Assembly (NCBI GenBank): GCA_005776395.1 | Contig: SXPJ01000019.1 | Location: 848 to 64,847 of the forward strand | Length of the DNA: 64,000 nt | Reading direction: 5' to 3' | From: Bdellovibrionales bacterium | Lineage (GTDB): Bacteria; Bdellovibrionota; FAC87; UBA2466 | Part shown: positions 63,508-64,000 of the stretch, in pieces | Position numbering within the stretch: the first letter of the stretch is position 1 | Layout of the letters: each line of letters starts with the position of its first letter | Notes under the pieces: generated by a model | What the model was told of the DNA's origin: nothing | Seen by the model: only the letters and a program-made list of their open reading frames with translations | Database searches by the model: none | Position numbers and translations under genes: made by a program

Positions 63508-64000
63508 TCAGAAAATCTGCGGCAGTCTCATTCTTTTCAAACGATTGTTCATAGCTCTTTTGACATAAAGCCTAAAAACTGGACCCACCTCGGGGTTTGC
63601 TTCTATTTCTGTTGTGGCGTGTACATCCTTCCAACCCAGTCCCTCCAACGCGAGATACTGAAAAAACTTATCGGGAATCATCCAAGGGTTCTGGATATCG
63701 ACCCCAAAGGGGCCCGCTGAATTCTCCAAAAATTTAAAAGTTTGATCTCCGTGAATAGTTCTTATCTTACAATAGTCATATTTTTGCGCGATGGATGGTC
63801 CGTCCACTAAATTAAAGGATTGGTACTTTCCAAGCCCTACTAGGAGAGCGAAGACTTCAACGGAGTGAGATTCAGCCGAAATAAATGGCGGACGGATCCC
63901 AGTTTCTAAAATTGCTCTGAGAATCACAGCATCTAAATACTCTAGATCCAGCTTTATGTAGTAGGGGGCACCATGACTTTCAATGATTTTTGATATCGGT
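63508..64000 (-). CDS. hypothetical protein, 5'-partial at the window edge
   Basis: The reading frame stays open upstream of the GTG at 63927 all the way to position 64000 (…ISKIIESHGAPYYIKLDLEYLDAV-ILRAILETG…). No motif recognised. Confidence 0.4.
   Translation of the reverse strand, partial: PISKIIESHGAPYYIKLDLEYLDAVILRAILETGIRPPFISAESHSVEVFALLVGLGKYQSFNLVDGPSIAQKYDYCKIRTIHGDQTFKFLENSAGPFGVDIQNPWMIPDKFFQYLALEGLGWKDVHATTEIEANPEVGPVFRLYVKRAMNNRLKRMRLPQIF

Overview
Compact 64-kb chromosomal window, roughly 40% GC by eye, with genes often overlapping or separated by under 10 bp. It comes from a Gram-negative bacterium. Gene content (a TIGR02147-family protein, a lipid A cluster carrying a GnnA-like oxidoreductase, many lipoproteins and OMP-like proteins, MotAB) suggests a Bdellovibrionota/Oligoflexia-like organism; that placement is inference only.

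Most of the window is housekeeping:
- rpsF-priB-like-rpsR-DUF2232-rplI operon.
- Long minus-strand lipid A/LPS block: lpxD, lpxA, Gfo/Idh/MocA oxidoreductase, lpxB, lpxK, lpxL-like, GT2, cmk. lpxH lies nearby.
- ispE and spoVG.
- An envelope group of an AsmA-like protein, a TPR protein and bamD, followed by genes for an RDD protein and a rhomboid protease.
- Split transketolase, radA, glpK, rlmE, a Nudix and a HIT protein, and nrdAB.

No rRNA, tRNA or CRISPR array was seen.

Four things stand out:
1. A minus-strand operon at 33.5-41.8 kb encodes a large S8 subtilase lipoprotein and two tandem, translationally coupled, very cysteine-rich lipoproteins. Each is built from about 10-11 copies of a six-Cys module of 60-75 aa that I cannot assign to a family. 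An OMP-like gene sits next to it, and the block looks GC-richer than its surroundings.
2. Divergent from that block is a MotA/MotB-like pair. The MotB-like subunit keeps the plug/TM region but replaces the OmpA-type peptidoglycan-binding domain with a long coiled coil and a DUF2135/YfaP-like C-terminal domain.
3. A 161-162 bp repeat bounded by inverted repeats occurs three times in the same orientation (532-693, 46349-46509, 52251-52411). Compensatory substitutions fall in at least two helices, so it is either a MITE or an unassigned structured RNA.
4. An lpxL-like acyltransferase is fused in frame to a DUF3108 module that still carries its own lipoprotein signal peptide.

The right end holds a decayed IS30-family transposase remnant.
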